Of a stretch of 64,000 nucleotides of DNA, positions 1 through 20,658 are shown in pieces (positions within the stretch are counted from its first letter, which is position 1; every line of letters starts with the position of its first letter). The notes beneath the pieces are model-generated. The model was not told where the DNA came from. It was given only the letters and a program-made list of their open reading frames with translations, and searched no databases. The position numbers and the translations under genes were made by a program. Source of the stretch: the human T2T-CHM13v2.0 reference genome, Homo sapiens; NCBI RefSeq assembly GCF_009914755.1, contig NC_060936.1; one strand, written 5' to 3'.

Positions 1-9
1 AGACTCAAG

Positions 10-215
10 TCCAGCTCACTGAGTTAGAATCCCAGTTTCACCCATTACAGATAACCTTGGGCAAATCAATTAATCACTAAGCTTCAGTTTCCCAATGTGT
101 AAGAGGTACATGTCACATCCATCTGCCTCTTAGGGCTGTTGCAAAGATAATTAAAGAATACAATACACAAAAGGTGCTTAGTACAGTGCTGGGATATAGG
201 AAGTGTCCAAATTTT
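10..215. mobile_element. MIR SINE fragment
   Basis: MIR core-like ACCTTGGGCAAATCA...GCTTCAGTTTCCC and TTAGTACAGTGCTGG. Confidence 0.55.
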
Positions 216-631
216 AGTTATGACTATGGTTAGGGGGCACTTCAATGGATATCGTTCCAAAAGGGAACAATTTAATTAACCCAGGGACCGTCCAGCGTTG
301 CTGGGGACCCAGTCCCTGCCTTTACGAAGCCCATAGGGAAGCAAGTGAGACAAACACACCACTCGACTATCTCGAGAGGGAGACGCGCCAGGTATAAACT
401 AAATGCCCTCAGACGGCACAGGGAGGGAGGTTCGGGGCAGGGCTTCCCTGAGATAACAAACGGGAAGGCCTCTCAAAGGCGGATGGGAAAGAGAGGGATC
501 CCGATTACCTCTCCGTGTCTTCCTGGGCAACAGCCCTCGCCGCGGGCTTTTCCCGGGCCAGTGCTTTGGGAAGGGAAGCCCTCCGGGCCCAGACCCGGCT
601 ACAGGGAATGCGGCGAGGCCGCGGGACTCAC

Positions 632-713
632 CCGCGGCGCTGAAGCCGAAGCCGGCGGGGACAGGCGAGTGTTCCGCGAGCTCCAATCGGATAACAACCA
701 GTGACACACTCAT
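632..713 (-). CDS. BRAP: BRAP (BRCA1-associated protein/IMP, RING E3 ligase) first coding exon, 82 nt
   Basis: ATG at 713 (minus) reads MSVSLVVIRLELAEHSPVPAGFGFSAA, the recognised BRAP N-terminus. It ends at donor G|GTGAGT (GT at 631-630). The rest of the gene lies left of the window. Confidence 0.95.
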
Positions 714-973
714 AGGGCAGGCGCTGGCCGGCGCGGGCCCCGGCGGGCTCAGGCGAGGCTGGAAGGCGAGCCGAGAGGCCGAGCGGCCCGGGGCCGGCAG
801 CGCCGCCACCACCTCAATGCAGTTGCCGCCGCCTCAGCAGCAGCAGCTCCTCGAACAGCCCTCGGAGCCACAACAACCTCCACTTCCGCCTCCCGGCCGC
901 CGTCGCTGACCTGCGGTTTACGCATGCGCGCAGGACCGCGCACAGCGATTGGGCGGCGTGGCAGGGGTCACCC

Positions 974-1160
974 ACTGCTCTTCCGGACGCAATTTTGAGG
1001 AGGTCGGAGCGGAAGGACGTCGTGGAGATTGCTTGCGCTGGGGTGCCACACTTAGGCTGAGCTGCAGGTTTTCGCACAGTCGCGAGTTAACCTCTGCTTG
1101 CTCCAGAGGCCTCGTCCTAATCCACCTCGGCTGACGGCGCGGGATCCCTGGCTCCGCGAG
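974..1160 (+). other. ACAD10: ACAD10 non-coding exon 1 (start approximate)
   Basis: Exon 2 has only 13 nt of UTR after an acceptor, so an upstream exon is needed. The CpG island ends at GAG|GTCTCC (1160/1161). The boundary partly rests on recollection of the mRNA. Confidence 0.6.
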
Positions 1161-1416
1161 GTCTCCGAATTGTCCGAGCTATCTGCTATGCAGAACTTTG
1201 CCCCTTTTGTTGTGTTTGACTCCTGTCTCTAACCCTAGTCTGGATGGTTTTGTTTCTGTCCCACTTTACAGATAGGTACAACGAGGCTCAGAGAGGTGAA
1301 GTTCCTTCTAAGGGGCCGTAGAGAGTGGAGAGTCGATCGCTGTTCAGATAGCGATCTGGCTGGGCGCGGTGGCTCACGCCTGTAATCCCAGCCCAGAGGC
1401 TTAGGCGGGCGAATCA

Positions 1417-1635
<219 letters not shown>

Positions 1636-2225
1636 TCAAAAAAAAGAGAGAAAAGATGGTGATCTGCTGGTTACGAGCATAGTGCTGCAGTTAGACCGGG
1701 GTCCTCCTCCCCACCCTGTCACTTCACAAATGTTTACTGAGAGTCTAGACACCCTTGGGATGCTTGAGATACGTTGGCGTATAAGATAAACACAGTTCCT
1801 GTCCGTACTATGAGGTTGACCTACATCAGCAGTTGTGCAGTCTTGAACTAGTATAGTCATTGCATAAAGTTGGCATGATATCATGTCCTCATGCAGTTGT
1901 GAGGATGAAATGGAATTATGTATATGGAGATAACATTAGCTTTTCTGAGGCTCAGCATTCTTTCCAGTATGTCAGAGTGGCTTTTGTATGTAGATACTGA
2001 CACAATCAATGCATATGGGACACATACATGACAGGATGCTACTCTAGGTACATTGTATAATGATACATATGTAAGTACATAGTACATTCTAGATGTGTGT
2101 GTGTGTGGACATAGTGCGTTCTAGATGTGTGTGTATCTGGACTATGACATGACCACAAGATACATGCGTATATAGATCTTGTGACTACATCCTATGAAAT
2201 ACGTTTCCATATGCCCTGTTTAAAT

Positions 2226-2456
2226 CAGGGTTTCTCAACTCTGCACTATTAACATTTTGGGTCCTGATTATTCTTTTTTGTTTTTGGCAAGGGGGCGGGG
2301 TGTCCTGAGCATTGTAGAGTGTTTAGAAACATCCCTGGCCTGACCCACTAGATGTCAGTAGCACCTCTCCCCAGGTGGTGACAACCAATAATGTCTCTGG
2401 ACCTTTCCAGATGTCTCCTTGGGGTTAGAAAACATAACCCTGTTGAAGAATCACAG
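2226..2456. mobile_element. MER20 (hAT-Charlie)
   Basis: CAGGGTTTCTCAAC...CATCCCTGGCC...CACTAGATG...GTGACAACCAA; homologous to 45016-45229. Confidence 0.7.
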
Positions 2457-3269
2457 GGTTATGTGAAAGTGCATAAACCATACACACATACTGTATGCAT
2501 AAAACCTATGAGACCTCTTGTGAACTTTTTTAGTATATTACTATAGTAGATAACATTTCAACATGTGCCAGGTACTAATTTGAGTGTTTCATATACCTTG
2601 TGTCATGCAATGGTCACAACAACTTTATGAAACTGGTACTATGTCCCTGTTCTACAGAGGAGTAACCTGAGGCTTGGAGGAAGAGTAACTGGCTCAGGAT
2701 TTCACAGGTAGTAGTGGCAGAGCTGGAACTGAAATTCAGGCAATCTGAATCCAGAACGAACATTCTTTATCTCTTTACCAAACAAACCTTTTTTTTTTTT
2801 TGTATTTTGAGACGGAGTCTCACTCTGTCGCCCAGGCTGGAGTGCAGTGGTGCCATCTCGGCTCACTGCAACCTCGGCTTCCTGGGTTCAAGCTTCCTGC
2901 CTCAGTCTCCCAAGTAGCTGGGACTACAGGCACACAGCACTGCACCCAGCTGATTTTTGTATTTTTTTTTAGAGATAGGGTTTCACCATGTTGGTCAGAC
3001 TTGTCTCGAACTCCTGACCTTGTGATCCGCCCACTTCGGCCTCCCAAAGTGCTGGGATGACAGGCGTGAGCCACCGCGCCCGGCCCCCCCAAAGGCATTT
3101 TTCGTCTCTACTAAGCCCTCACACAAAATATACAAGTGTGTAAGTAAATTTCTCTTTCTATCATAAACATTGGCCTTGGCATAGGAACGTTAAGTAAAAC
3201 TGAAAATGCAAATGAACCTTGACATTTTTAGTTTCAAATATTGCCCCCAAATTCAGCAAATTTCCAATT

Positions 3270-5009
<1,740 letters not shown>

Positions 5010-5070
5010 AGATGAGAAACACATTATATTCAAGATTTACCACTTAAGAGTCCTTTCTCTAGGTGCTTAT

Positions 5071-5749
<679 letters not shown>

Positions 5750-6448
5750 TCAGATATTTGGATTGGGGATGCTCAAAGTATATAGTTTTGGAGTCCTTTT
5801 GGCCCCACTGAATGACTCCTGTAAACTCAGATGCTGTCTTACCAACCTGTTTTGCACTCTCCTGATTTTTAGTAAGCTTTTTAACTGTAGAAATCACATA
5901 AAAAGCTTAAAGATTTTCATGAAGAAAATAGAATTTGCCTTCATTATTTTGGTTTTTTTCCCCATCTTTTTATTTCAAGCTTATAGAAAAGTCAAAAGAA
6001 GTTACAGTGATCTCCCGTTATACCTTTCATCTAGACTCACTATTAATGTCTGGCCATGTTTGGTTTTCTCTATACACGAGTGTATATAGGTATGCATCTG
6101 TATACGTGTACATGTATGTATGTGTGTTGTGTGTGTCTTTTTTTTTCCTGAACCTTTTGAAAGTAAGTTTGAGGAACAGTTACCAGGCTGCTGCAGTGAT
6201 CTGTAAGTGGAAATGATGGTGTTTTGTGGTGTGAGGGTGTCATCGTAAGTGCTAGGAGGAGGCGAGTACAGGACATCTTAGGTGCATACAGGAGAGACTC
6301 CTAATGAGTCTTTTCTGGTATCCCCAAGAGGCTTCATGAAGACAGTGACTGGTAAACTGCAACCCAAAGGACTGTTTGGAATTAGCCAGGCAACAGGTGG
6401 AACAGAGCATTGCAGAGGAGAACATGCGTTTGAGGAAACTGCATGTAG

Positions 6449-6744
<296 letters not shown>

Positions 6745-6864
6745 TGACCTCAGGTGTTCTGCCCATCTCAGCCTCCCTAAGTGTTGAGATTACAGGCGTG
6801 TGCCACTGCGCCTGACGGGAGTAGATCTTTTAAGCCAGGCTTAGGAATTGAGATTTTATTTTAA

Positions 6865-7017
<153 letters not shown>

Positions 7018-7630
7018 TAGCTGGGATTACAGGCATGCGCCACCATGCCCGGCTAATTTTGTATTTTTAGTAGAGGTGGGGTTTCTCCATGTTGGTCAGG
7101 CTGGTCTCGAACTCGCAACCTCAGGTGATCCACCCGCCTTGGCCTCCCATAGTGGTGGGATTACAGGAGTGAGCCACCACACCTGGCCCAGATTTACAAT
7201 TTTTAAAGAATACTCTGACTGGAGGGTGAAGAAAGAATTGGAGAGAGGTCTGAGAAGAGGCAAGGGGGCCAGTTAGGATCCATGGGCAAGATGGTGGCAG
7301 TGAGAATGCAAAGAGGTAGATGAGATTTTCAGGAGAAAGACTTGACAGCACAGAACTAGATAGGGCGAGGTGAGGTAGAGATTGCAGAAAGTCAGAGGCG
7401 AGTCCCAGCTTTCTAGCTTGGGCAGCCGAGTGGGCGATGGAGCCCTTGACTAAGTAGCCAGGGAGGGAGGAGACACTGAGGTCAGTTGTGGGTGTGATTC
7501 GAAGTGCCTGTTGGAGATGGGTTAGAGATGTCTGGCTGGCCCCTCTGAGCTCCAGGATGGAGGCCTGGTTGGGAGGCAGTGCAGGCAAGTAACGCCCTGT
7601 GCCTTCTTCCCACACAGCCTCAGCCTCACC

Positions 7631-7817
7631 ATGTGTGTCAGGAGCTGTTTCCAGTCCCCCCGTCTCCAGTGGGTGTGGAGAACAGCCTTCCTGAAACACA
7701 CCCAGCGCAGGCACCAGGGGTCCCACCGATGGACACACCTTGGAGGCAGCACCTACAGAGCGGTGATTTTCGACATGGGCGGAGTTCTCATTCCTTCTCC
7801 AGGGAGAGTCGCTGCAG
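7631..7817 (+). CDS. ACAD10: ACAD10 exon 2 CDS (exon 7618-7817): Arg-rich mitochondrial presequence and HAD motif I
   Basis: Acceptor cacacag|7618; Kozak CTCACCATG; [30 protein letters not shown]...[12 protein letters not shown]; donor CAG|GTGAGC. Confidence 0.96.
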
Positions 7818-8095
7818 GTGAGCTATTGATTCTGTTTCACTTTGTGGGACTAGAGTGGTGGTGGGAGAATGGAGGGTGATCGGGAAGGCAGAGGGGAACA
7901 CTTGGGCAGCAGTGTGTCCCAGCAGGCCATGCTCTGGCTCTCGAGTCGAATTCCAAGCACCACTAGGGGGCTGAGTGTCTTGGGCGCATGATTCAGCTTC
8001 TCCAAATCTTACTTTCCTCATCATTAAATGAGCTAATGGTAGTGCCTTCCTCCTTGGGATTTGGCGGAGAGTTATCCGTGGGAAGCACTTGCTTA

Positions 8096-8302
<207 letters not shown>

Positions 8303-9705
8303 TTAAAAATTATCTGGGCATGATGACAGGCACCTGTAGTTCTAGCTACTCAGGAGGCTGAGGTCGGAGGATCACATGAATCCAGGTGGTTGAGGCTGTA
8401 GTCAGCCGTGATCATGCCACTGCACTCCAGCCTGGGTAACAGAGCAAGACCCTTACTCAAAAACAAACAACCAAAAATCCCAAAGAATTTAACCACTTCT
8501 TCTTGGGAACTGTTCTACTTCTGAAATCTAGAATGCTGAAATTCCCCTTTTGATTACAGCCTTCCTCCCTTCTACCCCACTCCCTCTAAACCTGCTTCTG
8601 GACTGACAGGGTAAGGGTCAGCCCTCTGGTCTCTGGTCTTCTCTTTACCAGCCCCTTCCTGGTTTTACTTCTTTTCTACTCAGTTCAGTTTTTATTAGTT
8701 AAAGTCGTTTTGGCTTCAAGCAGTAGAAAACCTAACAAAACAGTGACTGAAACAAGCTAGAAGTTTCTTTCTCTTGCACATAAAAGCCCAGGTATGTGGT
8801 CTGGGGCACTGTGTGATGCGACTCTGTGGTATCAGGGACTCCGACTCTTTATAGCATGTTGCTCTGCTGTGACTTTTCATTTCCACTCTTACATTGTGGT
8901 CTGTCTTGGCTGTGTCGCCTCCTGCTATCATATTCTCATGCCAGCCAGCAGGAAGGACAAAGGGCCAGGCAGCCATCCCTCTCCTTTTGACCTTCTGTGG
9001 TGGCTGGTTGGCCAGTTCTCCATCCTAAATCAACCCAGGCACAGGTTTTCTATGCCTGCGTGTCTAGGCTTTCCAGCACTGCTGACCAAATTACTCAGCC
9101 GTGCTAACTGGCTGCACAAGCTGGTTTCTGAGCTCCAGCCTCAGTTGGGCCATTGGTGCTACGCCTGAGCCTCTCTGTTCCTTCACTCTTATCTCTCTGT
9201 TCCTTCACTCGTATCTCTGTCATGTTTACCTCAGGGGCTGTTCCAGACTGTCCACTCCCCCTGCTCCTTACCACCCCCAAATATTCTTGCTCTGCAGATA
9301 GCTGAATCTGTTCTTCTACAAAGAACATAAAGACTAAACCTGAGCAACACAGTGAGACCCTATGGTGAGCTAGGATTGCACCACTGCACCCCAGACTGGC
9401 ACAACAGTCTTTTTTAGAGAACCTGTCTCTAAAAAAAAAGGCAGCAGGGAAGAACATAAAGATCACTGGACAGAAAGTTTCTTGACTTTCTCTAGAATAT
9501 CTTAAGAACCAATTCACTTCTCTCCATTGCCACTGCCTCCACCCTTGCCTTCTCTCACCCAAATGATGTCATCAGCCTCCTAACTTCCTCTGCCTCTGGC
9601 TCTCTGGATTTTACAAAATCTCCTCCCAGCTCCAGAATTAACCTTTCTAAAACATGGATCGTGCTTCTGCGCTTAGCAGCTCACACCTGTAATCTCAGCA
9701 ATTTA

Positions 9706-10263
<558 letters not shown>

Positions 10264-10603
10264 TCAGTAAATCTCATGGTTGTTACTAACTTCAAGAGTC
10301 CTCTTCTGTCAAGACTTCTCCAACCTCATTTGCAACCTGGGCAGAATGTTCCTGGATAGCCAATTCCCATTAAGTTTCACCTTCACCGAGATATTTTTGT
10401 TTGCAGTGGGATATGTTCATGTCTCCTCTATGGGGCTCTTGGATTCCAGGACCCCAGGTCTGGGATTTCTTCACTTCACTGTTGCAGTGTTAGCTCTGCA
10501 GGCTGGCTCAGTCATTCAGGAAATGTTTGATGGGTAAATGTGAACAAAATAGTGATGCCTTCTACTTTGTCTTTTGCTTGACTGGAGCTTCTAATGTTAT
10601 TTA

Positions 10604-11186
<583 letters not shown>

Positions 11187-11839
11187 TAGTGTCGAACTCC
11201 CGGGCTCAAGTGATCCTCCTGCCTTGGCCTCTTGAGTCATTGGAATTACAGGTGTGAGTTACCATGCCTCACCTGCTGTCTGTTTTTGTATGGCCTGTCA
11301 GCCAAGAATGACTTTTATGTTTTGAAATACGTAATTGAAAAATATCAAAACAAGAATAATATTTTGTGACATGTGAAAATTATGTGAAGTTCATATTTCA
11401 ATGTCCATAAAAATGAAATTTTTTAGAAAACCATCTTGCCCATTTGTTTACATATTGTCCATGACTGCTTTTACCCTGTACTGGCAGAGTTGAGTAATTT
11501 CAACAGGGTCCGTAATGCTTTCAAAGCCTAAAATATTTACCATCTGGCCCTTTTCAGAAAAGCTTGATTTAAGCTGTTAGTTTACTATAAAATTAGTACG
11601 CACAACAAAGAATTCAAAGTATAGCCCAAACATTTTAGTTTTTTTATTTTTTATTTTACTTTATTTTTCTCCAAGAATGCATTTTCAGACCAAAGCTCAA
11701 ACACTTTAAGATTGAATTTAGGCCGGGCACAGTAGCTCACGCCTGTAATCCCAGCAGTTTGGGAGGCCAAGGCAGGTGGATCACGAGGTCAGGAGATTGA
11801 AACCATCTTGGCTAACGTGGTGAAACCCCGTCTCTACTA

Positions 11840-12522
<683 letters not shown>

Positions 12523-12910
12523 TGAGACAGAGTCTTGCTCTGTCGCCCAGGTTGGAGTACAGTGATGCTATCTCAGCTCACTGCAAACTTCGCCTCCCGG
12601 GTTCACACCATTCTCCTGCCTCAGCCTCCCGAAGTAGCTGGGACTGCAGGCATCCACCACCACGCCCTGCTAATTTTTTGTATTTTTATTAGAGACAGGT
12701 TTCACTGTGTTAGCCAGGATGATCTCAATCTCCTGATCTGGTGGTCCGCCCGCCTTGGCCTCCCAAAGTGCTGGGATTATAGGTGTAAGCCACTGGGCCT
12801 GGCCTTTTTTTTCCTGTTATTTTAATGTTCATTTGCCTGATTGCAACTGAGGTTGCGCCTTTTTTTTTTTTTTTTGAGTCGGAGTCTCACATTTGCCTGA
12901 TTGCAACTGA

Positions 12911-13075
<165 letters not shown>

Positions 13076-13417
13076 TAGCTAATTTTTTATATGTTTTTAG
13101 TAGAGATGGGGTTTCACCATGTTGGCCAGGCTGGTCTTGAACTCCTGACCTGAAGTGACTTGCCTGCCTCAGGGTTCCAAAGTGCTGGGATTATAGGCAC
13201 AAGCCACTGCATCTGGCCTTTTTTTTTTTTTTTTTCAGAGAGCATCTTGCTGTATGGCCCAGGCTGTCAGGCTGGTCTCGAACTCCTAGTCTAAAGTGAT
13301 TCTCCCGCCTCCTGAGTAGTGAGCCTTTTTTTTTTTTTTTAATATTATTGGTCATTCAGTTTTTCCGTGAATTGCTCACTTTTCTTGTTGATTTTCAGTA
13401 AACCTTTTTTTTTTTGA

Positions 13418-13522
<105 letters not shown>

Positions 13523-16266
13523 TGAGTAGCTGGGATTACAGGCATGCACCACCACCCCTGGCTAATTTTGTATTTTTAGTAGAGACGGAGTTTCTCCACG
13601 TTGGTCAGGCTGCTCTCGAACTCCCTACCTTAGGTGATTGCCCGCCTTGGCCTCCCAAAATGCTGGGATTACAGGCATGAGCCACTGCGCCCGGCCGGTC
13701 ATAACCGTTTATCTGTTACATGATTTGCAAATATTTTCTCCCTTTTATGCCTTGTCTTTTGATTTTATTGATAATGCTTTTAGCTGTACCAAAGTTTTCT
13801 TTTTCTTCCTTTCTTTTTGAAACGGAATTTTACTCTGCCACTCAGGCTAAAGTGCAGTGGAGTGACCTCGGCTCACTGCAACCTCTGCCTCCCAGGCTCA
13901 AGCTATCCTCCCACCTCAGCCTCACAGGTAGCTGCACTATAGGCTCGCACCACCACACCTGGCTAATTTTTGTATTTTTTGTAGAGATGGGTTTTCACCA
14001 TGTTGCCCAGGCTGGCCTTGAACTTGGGAGCATAAACAATCTGCCCACCTCTGCCTCTGCCTCCCAAAGTGCTGGGATTTTAGCCATGAGTCACCACGCC
14101 CAGCCTTCTATATTATTTTCTAAGTTTTAGAATTTTGTTTTTCTGACTTGGATATTTACTGTATTGGGAATTTGTTTTGTGATGGCCTGAAAGATGATTT
14201 AACTTAATTTCTATTCCATATTGAAACCTAGTTATGCCAACCCCATTTATTGAATAGTCACTGCTAAAAGAGCATAAAATACAGATAAAATTTCCTGCTG
14301 CCACCTCGACCCTTTCCCAGTTGGTTCCAGACTTAAGTGGTTATCATTGTGAAAAGTTTCTTGTTTATTTTTGAAAAATTGCCCGTGTGTGTTGGGGGTG
14401 GGTGTGGGGGGCATATACAAATTGGATCATATGCTGTAGACTGTTCCATAGCTTTTTTTTGACTCAGTATGATATTTTGCCATCTTTTTCATATCAGTTG
14501 GCATATGTCTAGGATCTAGTTTGGAGGTTAGTAAACTTTTTCTATAAAGGGCTAGACATGGTGGATGTGATGGCTTATGGCTACGATCCCAGCACTTTGG
14601 GAGGCCGAGGTGGGAGACTGTTTGAGGCCAGGAGTTTGAGACTAGCCTGGGCAACATAGTGAGATCCCCATTTCTACAAAAAATAAAAAAATTAGCTGGG
14701 CATGGTAGCACGCACCTGTAATCCCAGCTACTCAGGAGGCTAAGGCAGAAGGATCACTTGATCCTGGGAGCTTGAGGCTGCAGTGGGCCATGACTGTGCC
14801 ACAGCTCCCCAGCCTGGGCAACAGCAAGACCCCATCTTAAAAAACAAAAATAAAGAAGGGCTAGATAGGCTTTGTGAGCCATACTCTCAGTCACAACTAT
14901 TCACTTCTACCATTGCAGCAAGAAAGCAATAATAGACAATAGTAAACAAGTGTGGTTGTGTTCCAATAAGACTTTATTTACGAAAATAGGTAGAGCCAGG
15001 CATGCTGGTGTGTGCCTGTAGTTCCAGCTACTAGGGAGGCTGAGGTGAAGGTTCATTTGAGCCCAGGAGTTTGAGGCCAGCCTGGGCAACACAGCAAGAC
15101 CCCATCTCTTAAAAAAATAGATAGGAGACAGATTTGGCCCCAAGCCATATTTTGCTGACCTTTGGGCAAGTTTATATGTTTTAACATCTGTGTGGTATTC
15201 CGTTATATGAATATATCATAATTGATGTAATAAACACCTTATTAGTATACATTTAACTTTTCTAGTTCTTTTTATTATGAGCAATTCTGCACAAACAACC
15301 TTGTACATAACCTTTGCTTACTTTCATAAATATATATGGAAGAAATTTCTGAAAGTAGAATTACTACGTCAAATGTATGTGCATTTCAGATTTTGACAGA
15401 AATTATCAAATTGCTGTCTGCAGAGGTTGTGCTTGTTTACGCTCCCGTCAACAGCATATGATGGTGCCGGTTTCCTCACATGCTTGCCAACTCCGAGACT
15501 GTGAAAAATGCTATATGCTTTAGCTCTAAAATTAAAGTATTTTTTGGATTGAGTTTTAAAAGTCTTGTTATTTTCAAAGGACATATACCAGATTGTTAAC
15601 ATTAGTTATTTCTGAAAGAAGATAGGACTGCTTGTCCTTTTACTTTCCTTCCTTCCTTCCTTCCTCTTCTTTTTTTTTTTTTTTTTTTTTTTTTAAGACA
15701 TGGGGTCTTGCTCTATGTCCCTAGGCTGCAGTGCGGTGGCACCATCATAGCTCATTGCAGCCTCAAACTCCTGGGCTTAAGCGATCCTTCCACCTCAGTT
15801 TCCCGAGTAGCTAGAATTACAGGTGCAACCCATCACGCCAAGCTAATTTTTAAATTTTTTCTAGAGACAGGGTTTAATCATGTGGCCCAGGCTGGTATCA
15901 GACTCCTAGCCTCAAGCGATCCTCCCATTTTGGCCTCCCAAAGTGCCGGGATTATAGGTGTGAGCTACTGCACCCAGCCTACTTTCTTTTGCATAGTTTT
16001 CTATGAAATATATTGTCTGAAAAATTTTCAATGCACAGACACTACTTTATCAGAAAAAAACAACAAAGGTGTTTTAATTCCAAAACAAAAGCTATATGTA
16101 AAGTGTATTTTGTCTTAGATATATAATTATGAATGTTGTATGTATATATTTGCCCCCAGCATCTGTATTATAGACAGAAAAAGCAACTGTGGATGAGGAG
16201 AAACAGTCCTTGCACAAATGTTCCCAGTATTCTACAGATGCTGATGCTGATCCATCCACTGCCTTA

Positions 16267-16608
<342 letters not shown>

Positions 16609-17082
16609 TTATCCACAAAGACAGCATTTCAGGCGAACATTTCAGTGTACTCACTCCATGCTGTGAAGAATTACTATAGCCTATAGAAGGAAGGGCATGT
16701 TCTAGGGGCCACCAGGATCTGGCTTCTTCCTTCATGTGCTTCCATAGTCTCTGCCAGGTCCAGGTAAGTGACCTAACATATGGTCCAGTGAATATGAGAT
16801 CAAGGAATAAAATTCATCATGCAGTGCCCGGAGTCCTCTCAAGCAACCACTGAGGATCTGATGCTTCACAGCAGTGTGCTCTCTGTTGTACACATTAGCA
16901 TTGCTCTTCCTCTGGGGGTCTAAGGTTGAGATTTTGCATTTTGTGAATGTCTGCAAATTTCCAACAGCATCCACCCTGGCAGTACAGCGAGTCCGTAGGA
17001 ACTGGTATGGTAATTTTCCTGAGCTCCCTAAACCCCAGCATGTATCAATGTATTCCACTTTTGCATATTTTGCTTCCTATAG

Positions 17083-17231
17083 AATGGGAGGTACAGAATC
17101 GTATCCCTTCTGGAACTATATTAAAGGCCTTGATGGAAGGTGGTGAAAATGGGCCCTGGATGAGATTTATGAGAGCAGAAATAACAGCAGAGGGTTTTTT
17201 ACGAGAATTTGGGAGACTTTGCTCTGAAATG
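17083..17231 (+). CDS. ACAD10: ACAD10 exon 3 (149 nt), HAD cap region
   Basis: tag|AATGGGAG...ATG|gtgagt; [35 protein letters not shown]...; phase consistent (c.336). Confidence 0.95.
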
Positions 17232-17489
17232 GTGAGTGGTAAACATACCTACATTTCCATATTTTTCTTTTTGCCTTGAGTAGTGGTTGCAACATTCATG
17301 TATAAGTTAGTTAAACTGAAAATAAAGTGAAACCTAATAACCCATTACATGTTTTAAAGTTATTTCTTAGGCCAGGCGCAGTGGCTCATGCCTATAATCC
17401 CAGCACTTTGGGAGGCCCAGGGGGTGGATCACCTGAGGTCAGGAGTTCGAGACCAGCCTGGCTAACATGGTGAAACCCCGTTTCTACTA

Positions 17490-17648
<159 letters not shown>

Positions 17649-18376
17649 TCAAAAAAAATAATAATAAAGTTATTTCTTTCACCCCTAGGTGTTCAATGTT
17701 CAATTCATATATGAATAACTAAAAATATTCTTAGCCAGGCGTGGTGGCTAACACCTGTAACTTCAGCACTTTGGGAGGCTGAGACAGGAGAAGTGTTTGA
17801 ACTCTGGAGTTTGAGACCAGCTTAGGCAACATAGCCAGACCTTGTCTCTACTAAAAATCAAAAAAATTAGCCAGGCATGGTGGTGCACACCTGTGGTCCC
17901 AGCTATTCAGGAGGCTGAGGCTTGAGCCCTAGGGATTGAAACTTCAGTGAACCATGACCGTGCCACTGCACTCCAGCTTGGGCAACGTAACAAGACTCTG
18001 TCTCAAAAAAAAAAAAAAAAAAATTCTTTACTAAGTTCCTCCAGCATATATTTTTTTAATGTTTTCTGGTGTATTATAAAGGATGTTATGAAGGATACGA
18101 ATGAACAGCCAGATGACAAGATACCTGGGGGCAAAGGTTTTAGAGCCACTGTGCCCTTTCCAGGCCTGCCACCCTCCTCCCAGCACCTCCATGCATTCAG
18201 CAACCTGAAAGCTCCCCTCTAATAGATACTAAAACAGGAGCTGTCTACATAATGGCTTTGATAAAAAAGCTTTTTTAAAGCAATAATAATATTGAACATT
18301 TTTTCTGTACTGTGCACTGTTCTAAGCTCTTTATATAACTCATGTAACCACAATAGCTCTACTAAAATATAATTTA

Positions 18377-18805
<429 letters not shown>

Positions 18806-19027
18806 TTACATATATTTTCCACAATTTATATATATATATATATATAAACATATATGTGTATATGTAATAGTAAACTTTGAAAACATTATGCAAAGTGAAA
18901 GAAGCCAGTCAAAAAAGACTGCATGGTGTATGATTCCATCTGTGTGAAATGTCCAGAATAGGCAAACCCATAGAGATAGAAAGTAGATTGGTGGTTTTCT
19001 AGTACAAGGAGACTTTGGGGGAAATGA

Positions 19028-19341
<314 letters not shown>

Positions 19342-19576
19342 TGAGCCACCACGCCTGGCTGGTTTGCTCTTTAGAGTAATGAAAATGTCCTAAAATTGAT
19401 GGCAGTGATGGTTGCACAACTTTGTAAATATATTAAAAACCATTGAATTGTACTCTTTAAATAGGTGACTTGCATGGCATGTGAATTAGAGTTCAGTAAA
19501 GCTGTTCTAAAATCTGTGTGTGTATATGTATATATAAAACAGCAGACTTGCCTTTGCAGATTTTGAAATGTGATAA

Positions 19577-19795
<219 letters not shown>

Positions 19796-20113
19796 TAAGG
19801 GGTTTCACCATGTTAGCCAGGATGGTCTCGATCTCCTGACCTCGTGATCTGCCTGCCTCAGCCTCCCAAAGTGCTGGGATTACAGGTGTGAGCCACTGCG
19901 CCCAGCCTTATAAGAGTTTTCAAAACCCACACAGATTGAATTTAAAAACAAGAAAAAAATTGATCAGAAACTAAAGTTCATAATGGTGATACTGAGGCAA
20001 TATAAAAAGCATTAAATGACTTCTCAATCATTAAAAATTAAATTACATATACTTCATATACTTTTAGATTTCACTGTATCCTCTTATGATATGCTGTTTT
20101 TTTTTTCAACTAG

Positions 20114-20332
<219 letters not shown>

Positions 20333-20658
20333 TAGATCTCACTTTGTTGCCCAGGCTGGTGTCAAAATCCTGAGCTCAAGCAGTCTTCCCACCTCAGCCT
20401 CCCACAGTGCTGGGATTACAGGTGTGAGCCACTGTGCCCAGCCTATAACTCTAGTCCTGGATAACTTTTAAAAACCTTATATGAGAGTTCAGCACAGGGG
20501 CTGAGGAACACAGTTCCTGCAGGCAGCAAGCTATGAGCCTGGGCTCTTGTAGCAGAGAGCAGAAGGACGCCAGGAATAAGCATTTTTTTTTTCTGTTGGC
20601 CATGAGTGTTTGTCACTCTTAATGATTGCTGTTCTCCTGTGCCCTCTCCTGTTCTTAG

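Larger units (their letters stand above)
520..1170. promoter_or_regulatory. CpG-island bidirectional promoter shared by BRAP and ACAD10
   Basis: Very GC/CpG-rich. ETS/GABP cores CACTTCCG (881), CTTCCGG (980), CGGAAG (1010); NRF1-like CGCATGCGCG (921-930); inverted CCAAT (948-952) abutting GC box GGGCGG (951-956); TCGCGA core (1080-1085). Divergent first exons. Confidence 0.9.

Noticed and set aside
822-848. (GCC)n/(CAG)4 run in the BRAP 5' UTR
   Set aside because: Too short to be a notable expandable repeat
345-1134. ORFs overlapping the promoter (345-704, 749-943, 814-1077, 949-1134)
   Set aside because: Stop-poor GC-rich sequence, mostly non-ATG starts, no recognisable protein
7582-7617. 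GC-type donor CAG|GCAAGT before exon 2
   Set aside because: Only 33 nt to the acceptor, too short for a spliceosomal intron
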